Assembly (NCBI RefSeq): GCF_006345805.1
Contig: NC_042997.1
Coordinates: 156,550,001-156,614,000, forward strand
Length of the DNA: 64,000 nt
Source of the DNA: Octopus sinensis
Taxonomy: Eukaryota
Reading direction: 5' to 3'
The position numbers were made by a program, and so were the translations under genes. Positions 1-12,470 of this stretch are shown here, piece after piece. Positions within the stretch are counted from its first letter, which is position 1, and each line of letters starts with the position of its first letter. The notes beneath the pieces are model-generated. The model was not told the origin of the DNA and searched no databases. It saw nothing but the letters and a program-made list of their open reading frames with translations.

Positions 1-1990
1 ACCAATTATTATCATTAAGAAATTCAAATCCAGAATGTTCAGCATTGAAGAAACATTATTTCAGTTCATAAAGAGATAAATCAAGAGAGCACTTTTCCTT
101 TTGAGAACCATTGCACTTCTGTATGGAACAGTAAATACTTAAAATCAGAATCCATAGTTTCACATAGGGATGCAAAATCTGCACCGTAAGGAATGCAATT
201 TTATGTAATTCACCACTTTAACGACATTGTCCATTGTCTTCAGGAGACCATCAGGTAGAGATTTTGACACCAAAACTTCGTGGTAAACCATGTAATGTAC
301 AATTTTAATTTGTGAATTGTTTTGTAATACATGAGCCATGAAGCCTTTTTTTTTCGACCCTGCATGGATGGAGTGCCATCAGTGCAAACGCTAATACAAG
401 TTTGCCACTGCACCCCTCTCAATACATTTTGGTTTACCATGTTAAAGACATCTTGTCTTATCATTCTTTGCTTCAATTCACAACAAAAGAAAAACTGACT
501 TATGATATTACCACCTCTGATGATTCGCAGAAATGAAATTAGTTGAGTGTTGTTGCTGATGTCTGTACTTTCATCGATTTGTAAGGCGCACAAGTTTTTG
601 AGTTCATTTTTTGCTACAGTGAAATGTTCATGGAGCTGATCATCAATGTCTCGTGAAATGTCTTGAATTTTACGAGAAATCGTGTGGGCAGACAAAGGAA
701 TGTCTTAGTTTGTTTGACGGCTTCATCACTAATCATTGTGCCAACAGCAATCTCCAAGGCTAGTAAAATAATGTTTGTGGCATCAGAGTGTGGTTTTTCC
801 CTTTTCTGCCAAAAGCTGGGCAATCTTGTAACTAGCGATTTGAGCTTACTCGGGAATTGAGTAAAATTTCTCCAGCTTTTTTTAAATTATTTTTTAGCAT
901 TTCAAAGTATTCTTTTGGTTTGTCCTTATGTTGCAGACGATTTGTTATTAAATGACGTTGAAATTTACTGGGAACCATAACTTCATTTGAGAGTGTTGAT
1001 AAACAAATCATACAAAAAGGAACCAAGCTGTCTTTTACCGATAATATAAAACCATATTGGATGTAATTTTCATTATATTTTCGTTTTGATGAGGCTGACA
1101 TTTTATTCTGGTGTTCATCATGTTTACTATGACTCGCTTTCTCATTTTTCTGAGGTTTCAAAAAAATTTGTCTTTGTTTAAATCTAAAACTAAAAATCGA
1201 TTAAAATTAACATAAAATAACTTATGCAAATTATAAATAACTCAAAAATTAAAAACTATTTAAACCACTAAGCAATTTAAGATCTGCATAAGATCTGGTC
1301 ATCAAATCTAAGTAGAGACTTCAAACTTGAAATCTTCAAAGCCACAGTTGAACCAATTCTACTATATGGCTCAGAAACTTGGACGTTATCAAAGAAGCTT
1401 GAGAGGCGGTTGGATGGAACCTACACTCGCCTCCTTATGAGAGCTCAAAATCTCTTGTGGAAGCGCCATCCAACCAAAATGCAAATATATGGGAAACTAC
1501 CACCTGTGTCATCTCTTGTGAAAGGTAGGAGAGTCCAGTTTGCTGGACATTGTTGTAGCTGAAAAAGAGGTAATTTCTACTCTTCTCCTCTGGAAGCCAT
1601 CTACTCACAATACCAGAGGGCGCACACTCTCCTACCCTGATGTAATCTCCAGGGATACAGGCATCCAGCAACAGGACCTCCATAATGCCATGATGGACCA
1701 TGAAGTCTGGCATAGCATGGTAAATTCCATTGTCTCGAATGATGATGATGAAGCAATTTACTTACAGACAATCCCAGTTTAAATGCAGAAATGTGATATA
1801 TTGTAGCAAAACTTCAGTTCATCATATAACATAATTAATTTATCTTTACCGTATTTGACAATTTATATTTATGCTTGAACTTTGTGAATGTTCTTGGATC
1901 ATTGTTTCCCAAAAATATTTTATGCAGCGCTCCAGGAATCTCTTGCACCACACCGCTGTGCTGCGACACACAATTTGGCAGACACCGCCT
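1..1990 (-). mobile_element. Decayed hAT (Buster/Charlie-type) DNA transposon, truncated by window start
   Basis: Frameshifted transposase over about 1-1110: KRKYNENYIQYGF..CMIC (BED finger), LQIDESTD, SVCTDG, LLFHTEVQWFSKGKVL; hAT-like terminus (GGCGGTGTCTGCCAAATTGTGTGTCGC on minus) near 1960-1990; interrupted by an RTE fragment. Confidence 0.9.
1275..1750 (+). mobile_element. RTE-clade LINE 3' fragment inserted in the hAT 5' region
   Basis: Translates IFKATVEPILLYGSETWTLSKKLERRLDGTYTRLL...RRVQFAGHC...; ends in (GAT)n tail. Confidence 0.85.
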
Positions 1991-4240
1991 TAAAGGATTA
2001 TAGGTCCTTGATACAATTATATATATATATTATTAATATTATAAAAACCAAGAGAGAAGATGGTGATAAGATTAGTATAAGTTTATTAATACATTGACAA
2101 GACCTACAATTGTTTCAGTTCATCGCTTGCAGCATAAAATGAAACAAATTTAATTTAATTTGACTAAATCAATTTAGAGAAGTGGGAGGTGATATGCGTT
2201 GAATTGCACTATTTATCTCTTTGCAGTCCCTACTGATCATTCTCATTCTCTCTTCTAAATGTGAGATGCCATGCAATTCCTCATTAACAAGAATGTGCTC
2301 TGTCCCACCCATTTCTCTCATACTTTAATCCCTCATCTCCCTGCATTAAGCCAACCACCACCCTTAGAGTTTGTAGTCTTGTGAGCTGCATGATAACCTC
2401 ACTTGTGCTGGTAGCATGAAAAAGCACCCAGTATACACTACAAAGTGATTGACATTTGGAAGAGCATTCAGACATAGAAACCATGCCAAAGTGGAAAGTG
2501 GAGCACAGTACAGTCCTTAGACTCATCAGATCTTGTCAAACCATCCAATCCATGTCAACATTGATCATAGATATTAAATGAAGAAGATGATGATGATGAT
2601 GACAACGATGACGATGATAATGTTGATGATGATGATGACGAGGATGATGATTTTTATCTAGTATGTTTAACAATTTTCAAAATGCTCTGGTGAAATTTTA
2701 TGACTGTTAATTTTAGCTAATTTTATACAATGATATAGAAATTCCTTTCTTGCCATCAACAACACTCTGTCCAGTTTAGCACCACAATCTCATGCATCTA
2801 CAAGGGTGCTTCTACATGATTCCTAGACCGATTAGAAATAGCAGCCAAATCTCTTTCAAATCACTTTCTTCCATTTTAAATAAAGAACAATACATCAGAC
2901 AATGAAGACCCTGATAAGTAAAAAAGATTAAATGCTTTTCTCAAAATTTATTTATTGTATTTGATGATTCACTTTGATCATAAGTCTGCTTGATTGTGGA
3001 TGACCTTGGGCTGAACAACCACCTCAGAGACAATACCTGATCCTTTGATACCCTACATGTCTATCTCATCTCAATAGGTTTACATACAGATATCCATGTT
3101 GAATATCCTCCACATCAACCTCAACAGTTAGGGAGTGTGACCTGCAAAGGTCATGAATATCCTCACACACATCACCACCACCACCACCTCAATCCTCCTC
3201 ATTCTTTTAAAAATTGAAATTTTCTCTTCAGTGCTTGTTATCATACATTGAAAGAACCAGTCTTATCTCGATACAAAGCGGGGTAAAAGAATGGTTGTAA
3301 TGTCACATAAAATAGTGTTTGTCTCCATTTTATTATAATCTGGTTCACCTCTAGAGCTGAAGAGCTATAAAACATTACTCACAAATAAATAAAATTTTGT
3401 TTAAAAAAAAAATGTTTGTAGCAAAGGAATTCACTGACTCCTACACAGCTTCTGGCTATAAAGTTCAGCAACTTCAACCTAGCCATTCATTTACTATCTC
3501 ACATACACGGCATTATTGACAGAAGTGCCAATCTCAATCAAACATTTGTCAAATGGTTAGATAACCATGGAAACAAGACACATTCAGTTTCAGGCTCTGA
3601 TAGATTTTACTTTCCTTGTGGTAAAGGCAAACCTTTGCTTATGTAATTATCCTGACATTTTGATCAACTAAAACATAGAGTTTGATAGACATGTTTCTGA
3701 TATATTTCTTGTTTTTTTTTTATATCCTAAAAATTATTATTATCATAATGTTTTTGAAAAATTAACTTTATCTTTATAAATGAAAAAATGTTTTAACATT
3801 TGCATCTGTCGAGTGTTGGTGTAGCTGTGTGGTTGGTTAAGAAGCTTGCTTCTCAATCATGTGGTCTTGAGTTCAAGAGGGGAGGAGGCTGAGGAGGGGA
3901 GACTGAGGAGGGAGGAGGAGGAGGATCTGCACTTCATCTTGATCAATTTGATCTCTGATTCTACTCTGTTATCTTGTTCTTAGATGCGTTCATCTAGGTG
4001 CAGTCAATTGGTGAAGTTGTTAAAACTTGCAATATTTGTTCTGGCTCCCTACAGTTTGAGTTCAAATCTCACTGAGATGCACTCTGCCTCTCCTTCCATA
4101 AAAAAAAAAAAAACTACCAGTACCAGTGCTGGTGCAACCTTCTCTCCCTCAAGCAGTCACATCATGGATGTTCTTCTGAGTCAATGATGGAAGGGCCAAC
4201 AGGCCATACATATCTGCTCTCAGCTATATGTGCATAGGAA

Positions 4241-4712
4241 TGGCTGTGTGGTAAGTAGCTTGTTTACCAACCACGTGGTTCTGGGTTCAGTCCCACTGCG
4301 TGGCACCTTCTACTATAGCCTCGGGCCGACCAAAGCCTTGTGAGTGTATTTGGTAGATGGAAACTGAAAGAAGCCCGTCGTATATATGTATATATATGTG
4401 TGTGTCTTCTACTATAGCCTCAGGCCGACCGAAGCCTTGTGTGTATATTTGGTAGATGGAAACTGAAAGAAGCCCGTCGTATATATGTATAAATATGTGT
4501 GTGTATATGTTTGTGTGCTTGTATTTGTCCCTCCCAACATCGCTTCACAACCGATGCTGGTGTGTTTATCTCCCCGTAACTTAGCGGTTCGGCAAAAGAG
4601 ACCAATAGAATAAGTACTAGGCTTCCAAAGAATAGGTCCTGGGGTCGATTTGCTCGACTAAAGTCGGTGCTCCAGCATGGCCACAGTCAAATAACTGAAA
4701 CAAGTAAAAGAG
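4241..4712 (+). mobile_element. tRNA-derived SINE family A, with internal tandem duplication
   Basis: Head ggctgtgtggtaagtagcttg...gggttcagtccc, core ggcaccttgggcaagtgtcttctactatagcc...gaaactgaaagaagcccgtcg, (TA)/(TG) middle, tail gactgaaacaagtaaaagag; many copies in the window. Confidence 0.85.
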
Positions 4713-5479
4713 CAAAAGCAAGGTACTTGTTGGCAAGTCATTCTCACTTGTGAGTGACAGCCATAGTAGTTTACATAATACTGGATTGGACTTATACTCT
4801 GAACTTTTATTTCAAACTTTAAGAGTTGTAATGCTCCTATTAACTTGGCCATGTGTATATCTTGGAGTACACATTCAAGGATAAGATACCTGGTGATGAT
4901 AATCAGAGACTAAGGTGATTAGAATGTTGTTTGAATGCAAATATAAAAACAATTTTTATCTCTGAAAGTAAAGTTAATAGTTCAAACATTTAGACATTTG
5001 ATATTCCAAAAGATTATTCTTCAGAGTTTCTTCATATCAAAGCTGTTCCAGACTTTCTATTAAGAGATGGCTGGAAGGGGTTTTGAACATATTTACATTT
5101 TATAATTTAGTTGGCTGTGTGGTTATGAAGTTCATTTCACAAACTATGTGGTTCCAGGTTCAGTCCCATTGCATCGCACCTCAGGAAAATATCTATAATA
5201 TCTACAGACAATCCAGTACCTTGTGGGTAGAATTGGTAGAGAGAAACTGAGAAGTCCATCTAGTATGTAAATATATATATGTGTTTGTGTGTGTGTGTGA
5301 ATGGTGTTCCATTTGTCTTCATTAAAATGGTCTCTTTGTTTATAATCTCCAGTGATCAAAAAAATCTTGCTAATTTTAGCCTTCAGTACATGAAGGCCAG
5401 TGGAATGAAAAACAAAAGCACCTTTCTTACAAATCAGACAAGGAAGTAGTAATTCTGACTCAGCAAATTTAGTCTAACC

Positions 5480-6332
5480 CAATGGTTCTCAGTCAGGGTC
5501 TATGTGACCCTTAGAAATCCATATAAGATTTTGTGTTAAAATTTATGAGCCATAAATTGTCTGATGACCTTGGGCTGAACAACCACTTGAGAGACAATAC
5601 CTGATCCTTTGATACCCTACATGTCTTTCTTGTCTCAACAGGTTTACATGCAGATATCCAGGTTGAATATCCTCCTCATCAATACACCAAATATTTGAAC
5701 AATTTTTTAAAATACAATTCCTAATAATATTTACTCTTATACTTGTTTCAGTCATTTGACTGTGGCCATGCTGGAGCACTGCCTTTGGTTGAGCAAATCG
5801 ACCCCAGTACTTATTCTATCGGTCTCTTTACCAAATCGCTAAGTTACGGGGACGTAAACACACCAGCATCGGTTGTCAAGCGATGCTGGGGGGACAAACA
5901 CAGACACACAAGCATATACACACATACATACATATATACATATATACATATATATATATATAAATAAATTTCCGTCCAACCCGTGCTAGCACGGAAAATG
6001 GACGTTAAATGATGATGATGATGATGATAAATACACATATATACGACATGCTTCTTTCAGTTTCCATCTACCAAATCCACTCACGAGGCTTTGGTCGGCC
6101 CGAGGCTATAGTAGAAGACACTTGCCCAAGGTGCCACGCAGTGGGACTGAACCGGGAACCATGTGGTTGGTAAGCAAACTACTTAGCACACAGCCACTTC
6201 TACGCCTATTTTTATTTGATAATAAAAATACAATAGGATCTTTTAAAAATTGAATAGTTATGAGGGTCTATAGATAAACATTGAATGGTTAAGGAGTCCA
6301 TTGATGAAAACAAAAATTATTGAAAACCACTA
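5480..6332. mobile_element. hAT MITE carrying nested insertions
   Basis: TIRs caatggttctca / tgaaaaccacta; 8-bp TSD gtctaacc / gcctaatc; contains a family-A SINE. Confidence 0.6.
5740..6206 (-). mobile_element. SINE family A copy (contains an RTE-tail insert at about 5970-6027)
   Basis: Reverse complement of the 4241-4712 family. Confidence 0.85.
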
Positions 6333-6549
6333 GCCTAATCCATTGTAGCACAGAAAAATGGACACGAAAACAGAATGAGCAAACATAAGACAAAGTGATA
6401 CAAAATAAAGGAGGTAGAGAAAAGTCTTGTTTTAGTGTTTGTCCCCGCATTGTTGACAATTGATTGATTGATTGATTCTAGTTTCAGCTCACGAGCTGTG
6501 GCCATGCTGGGGCACCGCAATTTGGTGTTGCTACATGGTTTTACTTCAT

Positions 6550-6740
6550 GAATGCTTTTTAGCAACTGCCATTTGGTGCATGAGAGAGTTTGATGCAGCT
6601 GCCCTCATCTGCACCTCCTGCCGTGAAGTTGGTTCATCTGGGATACCTGACAAGAAGAGATCCAGTTTCATTTTAAAGACATCTGCATCCACCCCATGCA
6701 GGTCTCTTAGGTTCTTCGGGAGGATATTGAAGAGCTGTTA
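6550..6740 (-). mobile_element. CR1/L2-type LINE ORF2 C-terminal fragment
   Basis: Minus frame QLFNILPKNLRDLHGVDADVFKMKLDLFLSGIPDEP...SNSL resembles the CR1-group ORF2 end. Confidence 0.7.
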
Positions 6741-7805
6741 CTTTTTTATTCACATTCACATAGGTTGTCTAAAAATATCCTTTTTTTTCTCTCTAATCTA
6801 ACAGCTAAAGTAATAAAATTAAGAAAGAATGTTTATATCATTGTTGTTGTTTAAGACCCCATTCAGCTCTAATCAAGCTGACTTATGACAAAGACATTCC
6901 AGACATGATCATCATGTCTTTTTGTATTTCCAGGACTACACTGGCCAACGGGTCTTTCGTTTTTAAAGACAGTAGAAAAATTGCGTGAGTTTGGGTTTCT
7001 ATTTCTAGCAGGTTGATCACTTGCATAGAGGCTCCCACATTTGTTTATATAAAGTATAATATAATAGCTTGAAGTGATTGGTTTTAATCATAGTTGTAAC
7101 TAGTGTTCTGTCAATGATGATTAATAAAGCTACTGCAGAGGGGATTCTCAGTTGACATAGAAACAATGTCATTGGTGTGAGATTAATTTTTGTCAAGGTC
7201 TGAACATTTAGTTATTGTTTCTGCTGAAATGAATTATTCATCTAGGAATAAGACACATCAGAGATCAAACTGATCGATATTTACCGAAAAGAAAAATACA
7301 CCTCTAACTAGTTACTAAAGAAATTCTATCATTCAAGTCTGTCCATATAACTGAATACATTAAATAATCATTCTGGGTCATGGTTAATTCCCACCCAGTC
7401 ATTTTATTGTATATAATACTATCATAAAATATGACAAAGGGAATATTACAGTGTAACTGGCAATATGTTGGTTATGATGCTGAAGGTCCCAGTTGATCTG
7501 ATCAACAGAACAGCTTGTTCATGAAATTAATGTACAAGTGGCTGAGCACTCCACAGAAATATGTACTCTTAATATAGTTCTCAGGAAGATTCAGCATGAC
7601 ACAGAATGTGACAAGATCGGCCCTTTGAAATACAGGTACTACTCATTTTTGACAGCTGAATGAACTGGAGCAACGTGAAATAAAGTGTCTTGCTCAAGGA
7701 CACAAAACATTGCTGGGAATTGAACTCACAAACTTACTATCATGAGCTGAATACCCTAACCACTAAACCATGGGCTTTCATTATCATAGTGTATGTTTGT
7801 TTTAA

Positions 7806-8333
7806 CCATTTAGCATTCAGGTGGCATGTAAAAAGCACCATCCGAATGTGGCCAATGTCAGTGTTGCCTTGCTTGGCTTCCGTGCAAAAAGCATCAACTG
7901 ATCATGGCCATTGCCAGCCTCCCCTGGCACCTGTGCTGGTGGCACGTAAAAAGCACCTACTACATTCACGGAGTGGTTGGTATTAGGAAGGGCATCCAGC
8001 TGTAGAAATACTGCCAGATCAGACTGGAGCCTGGTGCAGCCTCCTGGCTTCCCAGACCCTGGTCGAACCATCCAACCCATGCTAGCATGGAAAATTGACG
8101 TTAAATGCTGATGAAGATGACGATGATGATTACTCTGTTAAATATAATACTTATTTCTTCACAGTGTTTTGAATTAATCATGTATTATCTCATACATTTG
8201 GGATTTTGATGATATTATGGTATACTTTTAGAATGACATTGTAGAGTATGTGTAAGAGGATGGATCTTGACTGTTTGAACATAAAACAGGTAGAATATTT
8301 GGGCTGGATATGGCTGGTTTAAATGCAAAAGAG
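7806..8333. mobile_element. piggyBac-type MITE split by an RTE-tail element (about 7822-8129)
   Basis: TTAA on both sides; TIR-like ccatttagcatt / aatgcaaaagag; second copy at 56521-56739. Confidence 0.6.
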
Positions 8334-8660
8334 TTAAATGCTTATCATGACTACCATAATATAAATTGTTTTAGTCTGAATACCTGAACTCAGATCAAGT
8401 CACTTATCAAACAAGTACAGCTCCAAAACATATTAATGTTGTTATTTTCACTTTTCCATGCTTGCATGGGTCGGAGGAAATTTGTTGAGGTGGATTTCCT
8501 ACAACCAGACATGTTTACATGGAAGACTGGAAACAAAGGGCACCACTAACATTTTGGTGACTCTTCTTTACAACTATCACGTGGTGTCAAAGCAAAGGAG
8601 CAATGGCACAAACACACTCACACACATACATACACACACACACATGCACACACAGACACA

Positions 8661-8747
<87 letters not shown>

Positions 8748-8779
8748 GCCATGTTGATTCGTTAGCTACTGCACGCATT

Positions 8780-8955
8780 TTTTTCTCTCCTTCTTTCTGT
8801 GTTTTTCTCTCTCTGTGTATCTTTCTGTTGAAGAGCGTAGGCTCGAAACGTTAAAGACTTGTTTTATTTATATTTCCTGAGCGCCATACTAATACAATTG
8901 TTCGTTTGTTTTCCACCTGCCTTCGTCTTTTGTTTATTTTCATAAAGCTTCCCGT
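8780..8955 (+). mobile_element. Penelope-type terminal repeat fragment with degenerate hammerhead (8820-8857)
   Basis: tcttt-CTGTTGA-A-GAGC gtag GCTC-GAA-ACGT-T-aaaga; followed by (TA)n. Confidence 0.6.
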
Positions 8956-8972
8956 TATATATATATATATAT

Positions 8973-9178
8973 ATTTATATTAAGGGCATTACTATACATA
9001 AATGCCTCACACCAGAAGGGACTCTTAAAGTCAAAACTAGCATGAGGCATTTATGTATAGTAATACCCTTAATATAAATAAATATATTCAAAGGGAATAA
9101 TTAATAAATTTTTCCCTTATGAGGTTTTTCATGCTAACTACTTGATAATTCCTTATAAAGATTTTATCCTACTTTTAA
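8973..9178. repeat. Hairpin repeat related to the 58744-59348 element
   Basis: 37-bp inverted arms 8973-9009 / 9043-9079; tail similar to 59231-59310; flanked by (TA)n. Confidence 0.65.
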
Positions 9179-9682
9179 ATTATATATATATATATCATCA
9201 TCATCAAATGGACTTCTTTTAGTTTCCATCTACTAAATGCATGTACAAGGCTTTCATTGACCTCAGACTATAGTAAAAGTCACTTGCCCAAAATGCCATC
9301 TAGTGAGATTGAACTCAAAGCCATGTAGTTGAGAAGCAAAGTTCTTACCACACAGCCATGTTAATGCTATAAAGGTTTTAAAGATTTTTTAGGAACTAAG
9401 GGTATGATAAGGTCCATGAAGCTGAAGACCAAATGGAGAGTTAAAACTCCTCATTAATTGAAATGATGGAGAATGTTACCCTCTGCATACCCTACCATTT
9501 TCATCAGTTTCATTGCTACAGAAGTTTTAGAGCTGAGGTCCACATCCTTCTATGTTCCATTATTGAAAGTAAATTTATTCCAACTCTGTTCTAGTCAATA
9601 TTTTGTGTTTACACTTCTACCAAAATTAAACAACCCAACAAAGAGGCAACAGCAAAAAATGTTTTTAAACATCATTTTGAGA

Positions 9683-9705
9683 TAATAATAATAATAATAA
9701 TAATC

Positions 9706-9750
<45 letters not shown>

Positions 9751-9760
9751 GTAATAATAA
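9683..9760. repeat. (AAT)n microsatellite
   Basis: Direct reading. Confidence 0.95.
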
Positions 9761-9869
9761 TTGTTCAAAACACTTATATTTCTTCCCTACCATATGGTTT
9801 CCGTCCCACTGCCTAGTACATTGGGCAAGTGTCTTCTACTGTAGCTTCAGGCTGACTAAAGCTTTCATC

Positions 9870-10240
9870 ATCATCATCATCATCATCATCATTTAATGTC
9901 CGTTGTTCATGCTGGCATGGGTTGGATGGTTTGACTGGGCTGGCAAGCTGGAAGGCTGCACCAGGCTCCAGTCTGATTTGGCACAGTTTTCTATGGCTAG
10001 AAGCCCTTCCTAACACCTACCACTCTGAGAGTGTATTAAGTGCTTTTATGTGCCACCGGATTGGGTGCCATTTATGTGACACCGGGGTGCTTTTATGTGC
10101 CACCAGCATGGGTGTCAATTTGCATGACACTGGAATCTGCCATGACTGTGATTTTGCTTGGCTCGATGGGTCTTCTTCTCAAGCATGGCATAATGCCAAA
10201 GGTCTCAGTCATTGCCTCCATGAGGCCCAACACTTCTAAG
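9870..10240 (-). mobile_element. RTE LINE 3' end / RTE-tail repeat
   Basis: (CAT)n then ttaatgtccg...catgctggcatgggttggatgg; same family at 2300-2650, 39230-39310, 45770-45900, 60618-60749, 61160-61310, 61720-62040. Confidence 0.7.
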
Positions 10241-10310
10241 TGGATTTGGTAGATGGAAACTGAAAAAAGCCCATCAGACATGTGGGTGGGATGTTTGTGT
10301 GTGCGTGTCT

Positions 10311-10376
<66 letters not shown>

Positions 10377-11544
10377 ATATTACTGTCTCATTGCTTTGAC
10401 ATTGCATGATAAATGTAAATGAGTATCACCATCAAGCAAGCAGTATTCATCATTTCCAATCTTCCATGGAAACATGTCTGAAAACGTTAAATTGCTTGGA
10501 AACAGGTGAGGATTGGTGACAGGAAGAGTGTGAGGCCATAGAAAATCTTCCTCGACAAATTCCATCTGAGCCATGTGTGCATGGAAAATGAAGCATAAAT
10601 TGATGATGACGATGATGATGACGAAGATGATGATGATGATGACAACGACGATAATGATGACAACGATGAGGAAGATGATGTAGATGGCGATGACAACGAT
10701 GAGGATGATGGTGTTGCTAAACAAACAACAAACAGACACCAGAACCAAACTCGGTTTTCTGAATTAAACCACTCCATTAGCATCAACTCAGTAATTAGGA
10801 TGTATACAATACAGATAATTAAATCCCAAGAGTAGAAAGGAAAAAAAAATTTTTTTTTTTTTACAAAATATGTCTACTTCAAATTTTCCTCTCATTTTCA
10901 GATTTTTTTAAACACAAAAAAAAAAACAAATTATGTACTAATCCATATTCTGCAAATTTACCTGTTGCTTAGATAAAATTTATTCCCTGGGATAAATTTA
11001 TCCAGCTCGGGAAACCTTCATTTAATGAGAATCTATAACATTAGCCTACATTCTAGTCCAACTTAATTGACCAATTTTTATAAGTAAAAATTCTATGCCA
11101 ATGTTCAAATTTATACTTCTCTTTGGAATTTGATAAATATAATAATTAATTAGATTTAACAATTTGTTCTTGTCAGGAAGTAATTTTACTAATGCAGTTT
11201 TCCTGTTTGTGTTTTATATGGCACTTAACACTTTTCACAAAGGCTGTTAATGTCATAAATTGGTGGATTTCATTATTTATAATATTTCTGACATCAGAAA
11301 TAAAACTGAATATGTGATTGTGAAAATATTAGGGGTTAGAAAACATTTTTTGGCCAGGTTGATTTACACATGCGTGCCAGCATGGGCGTGTGGGAAGATG
11401 CTTGTTTCCCAACCACATAGATCTGGGTTCAGTCCCACTGCCTGACACCTGAGCAATCATCTTCTACAATAATCTCAGGCTGACCAAAGCTTTGTGAGTG
11501 GATTTAGTATACAGAAACTGAAAGAAACCCATTGTCTGTGTGTA

Positions 11545-11589
11545 TATATATATACATATACATATACACACACACACACACATATATAT

Positions 11590-11647
<58 letters not shown>

Positions 11648-11648
11648 C

Positions 11649-11689
<41 letters not shown>

Positions 11690-11791
11690 TATATACACAT
11701 ATATATATACAAATATATATATACACATATATATACAAATATATATATATACAATATATATATATATACAAATATATATATATATATATAT
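11545..11791. repeat. Long (TA)n/(CA)n microsatellite
   Basis: Direct reading; explains the YI-repeat ORFs. Similar tracts at 8665-8745, 19380-19540, 54830-54965, 58135-58285, 60060-60125, 60460-60583. Confidence 0.95.
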
Positions 11792-12075
11792 ACTAGCAGC
11801 TAAGCCCGGTTACACCCGGTCAGTTTGGATGATGTGGGTGTAAAACCTGCTCTGTGTAAGCATTCGACTTGTTTGGGCACACTTATGTTAAAAAACAATT
11901 TTAGAATGACTTTTTTCTGTCAAAACGCTAAAAATAACTAACCAACAAAAAAATGCTACCGAGATTTCTATGTTTAATCCTTCTTCATGGAACGCTAAAG
12001 GGCTATATCTGAACAATTATGTTGCTTACTTATACACTTCACTTCCTGTGAAATCTTTGTAAAATTGACTGATTA
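11792..12075 (+). mobile_element. Possible Helentron/HINE-like fragment
   Basis: Begins ACTAGCAGCTAAGCCCGGTTACACCCGG directly after (TA)n, resembling Helentron-associated 5' ends; no 3' end recognised. Confidence 0.35.
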
Positions 12076-12084
12076 ATTCTTTTA

Positions 12085-12470
12085 TCTTTTACCTGTTTCA
12101 GTCATTTAACTGTAACCCTGCTGGGGAACCACCTTGAAGAATTCATTTTAGCTGAATTGACCCCAGTACTTATTTTTTTTAACCTGGCACTTCTTCTATT
12201 GGTGCCTTTTGCCGAACTGCCAAATTACAGGGATGTAAACATACTAACACTGGTTGTCAAGCAGTGGTGAGGGACAAACACAGACACAAATACACATACA
12301 CATATAGATATATATCTACATATACAATGGGCTTCTTTCAGTTTCCAAATACCAAATCCACTTTTATCAGCCTGAGGCTATAGTAGAAGACACTTGCTCA
12401 AGGTGCCATGCAATGGAACTGAACTTGGAACCACATGGTTGGGAAGCAAACTTCTTACCACACAGCAAGG
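12085..12470 (-). mobile_element. SINE family A, diverged copy
   Basis: Similarity to 5740-6206. Confidence 0.75.

Noticed and set aside
3354-3380. gagCTGAAGAG..aaaacattactc hammerhead-like string
   Set aside because: No room for stem II and G12 is missing
11464-11843. ORF-track hits rich in YI/HT/CV repeats (also near 8.6, 19.3, 54.8, 58.1, 60.0-60.6 kb)
   Set aside because: Translations of (TA)n, (CA)n and (GA)n microsatellites; no coding signal
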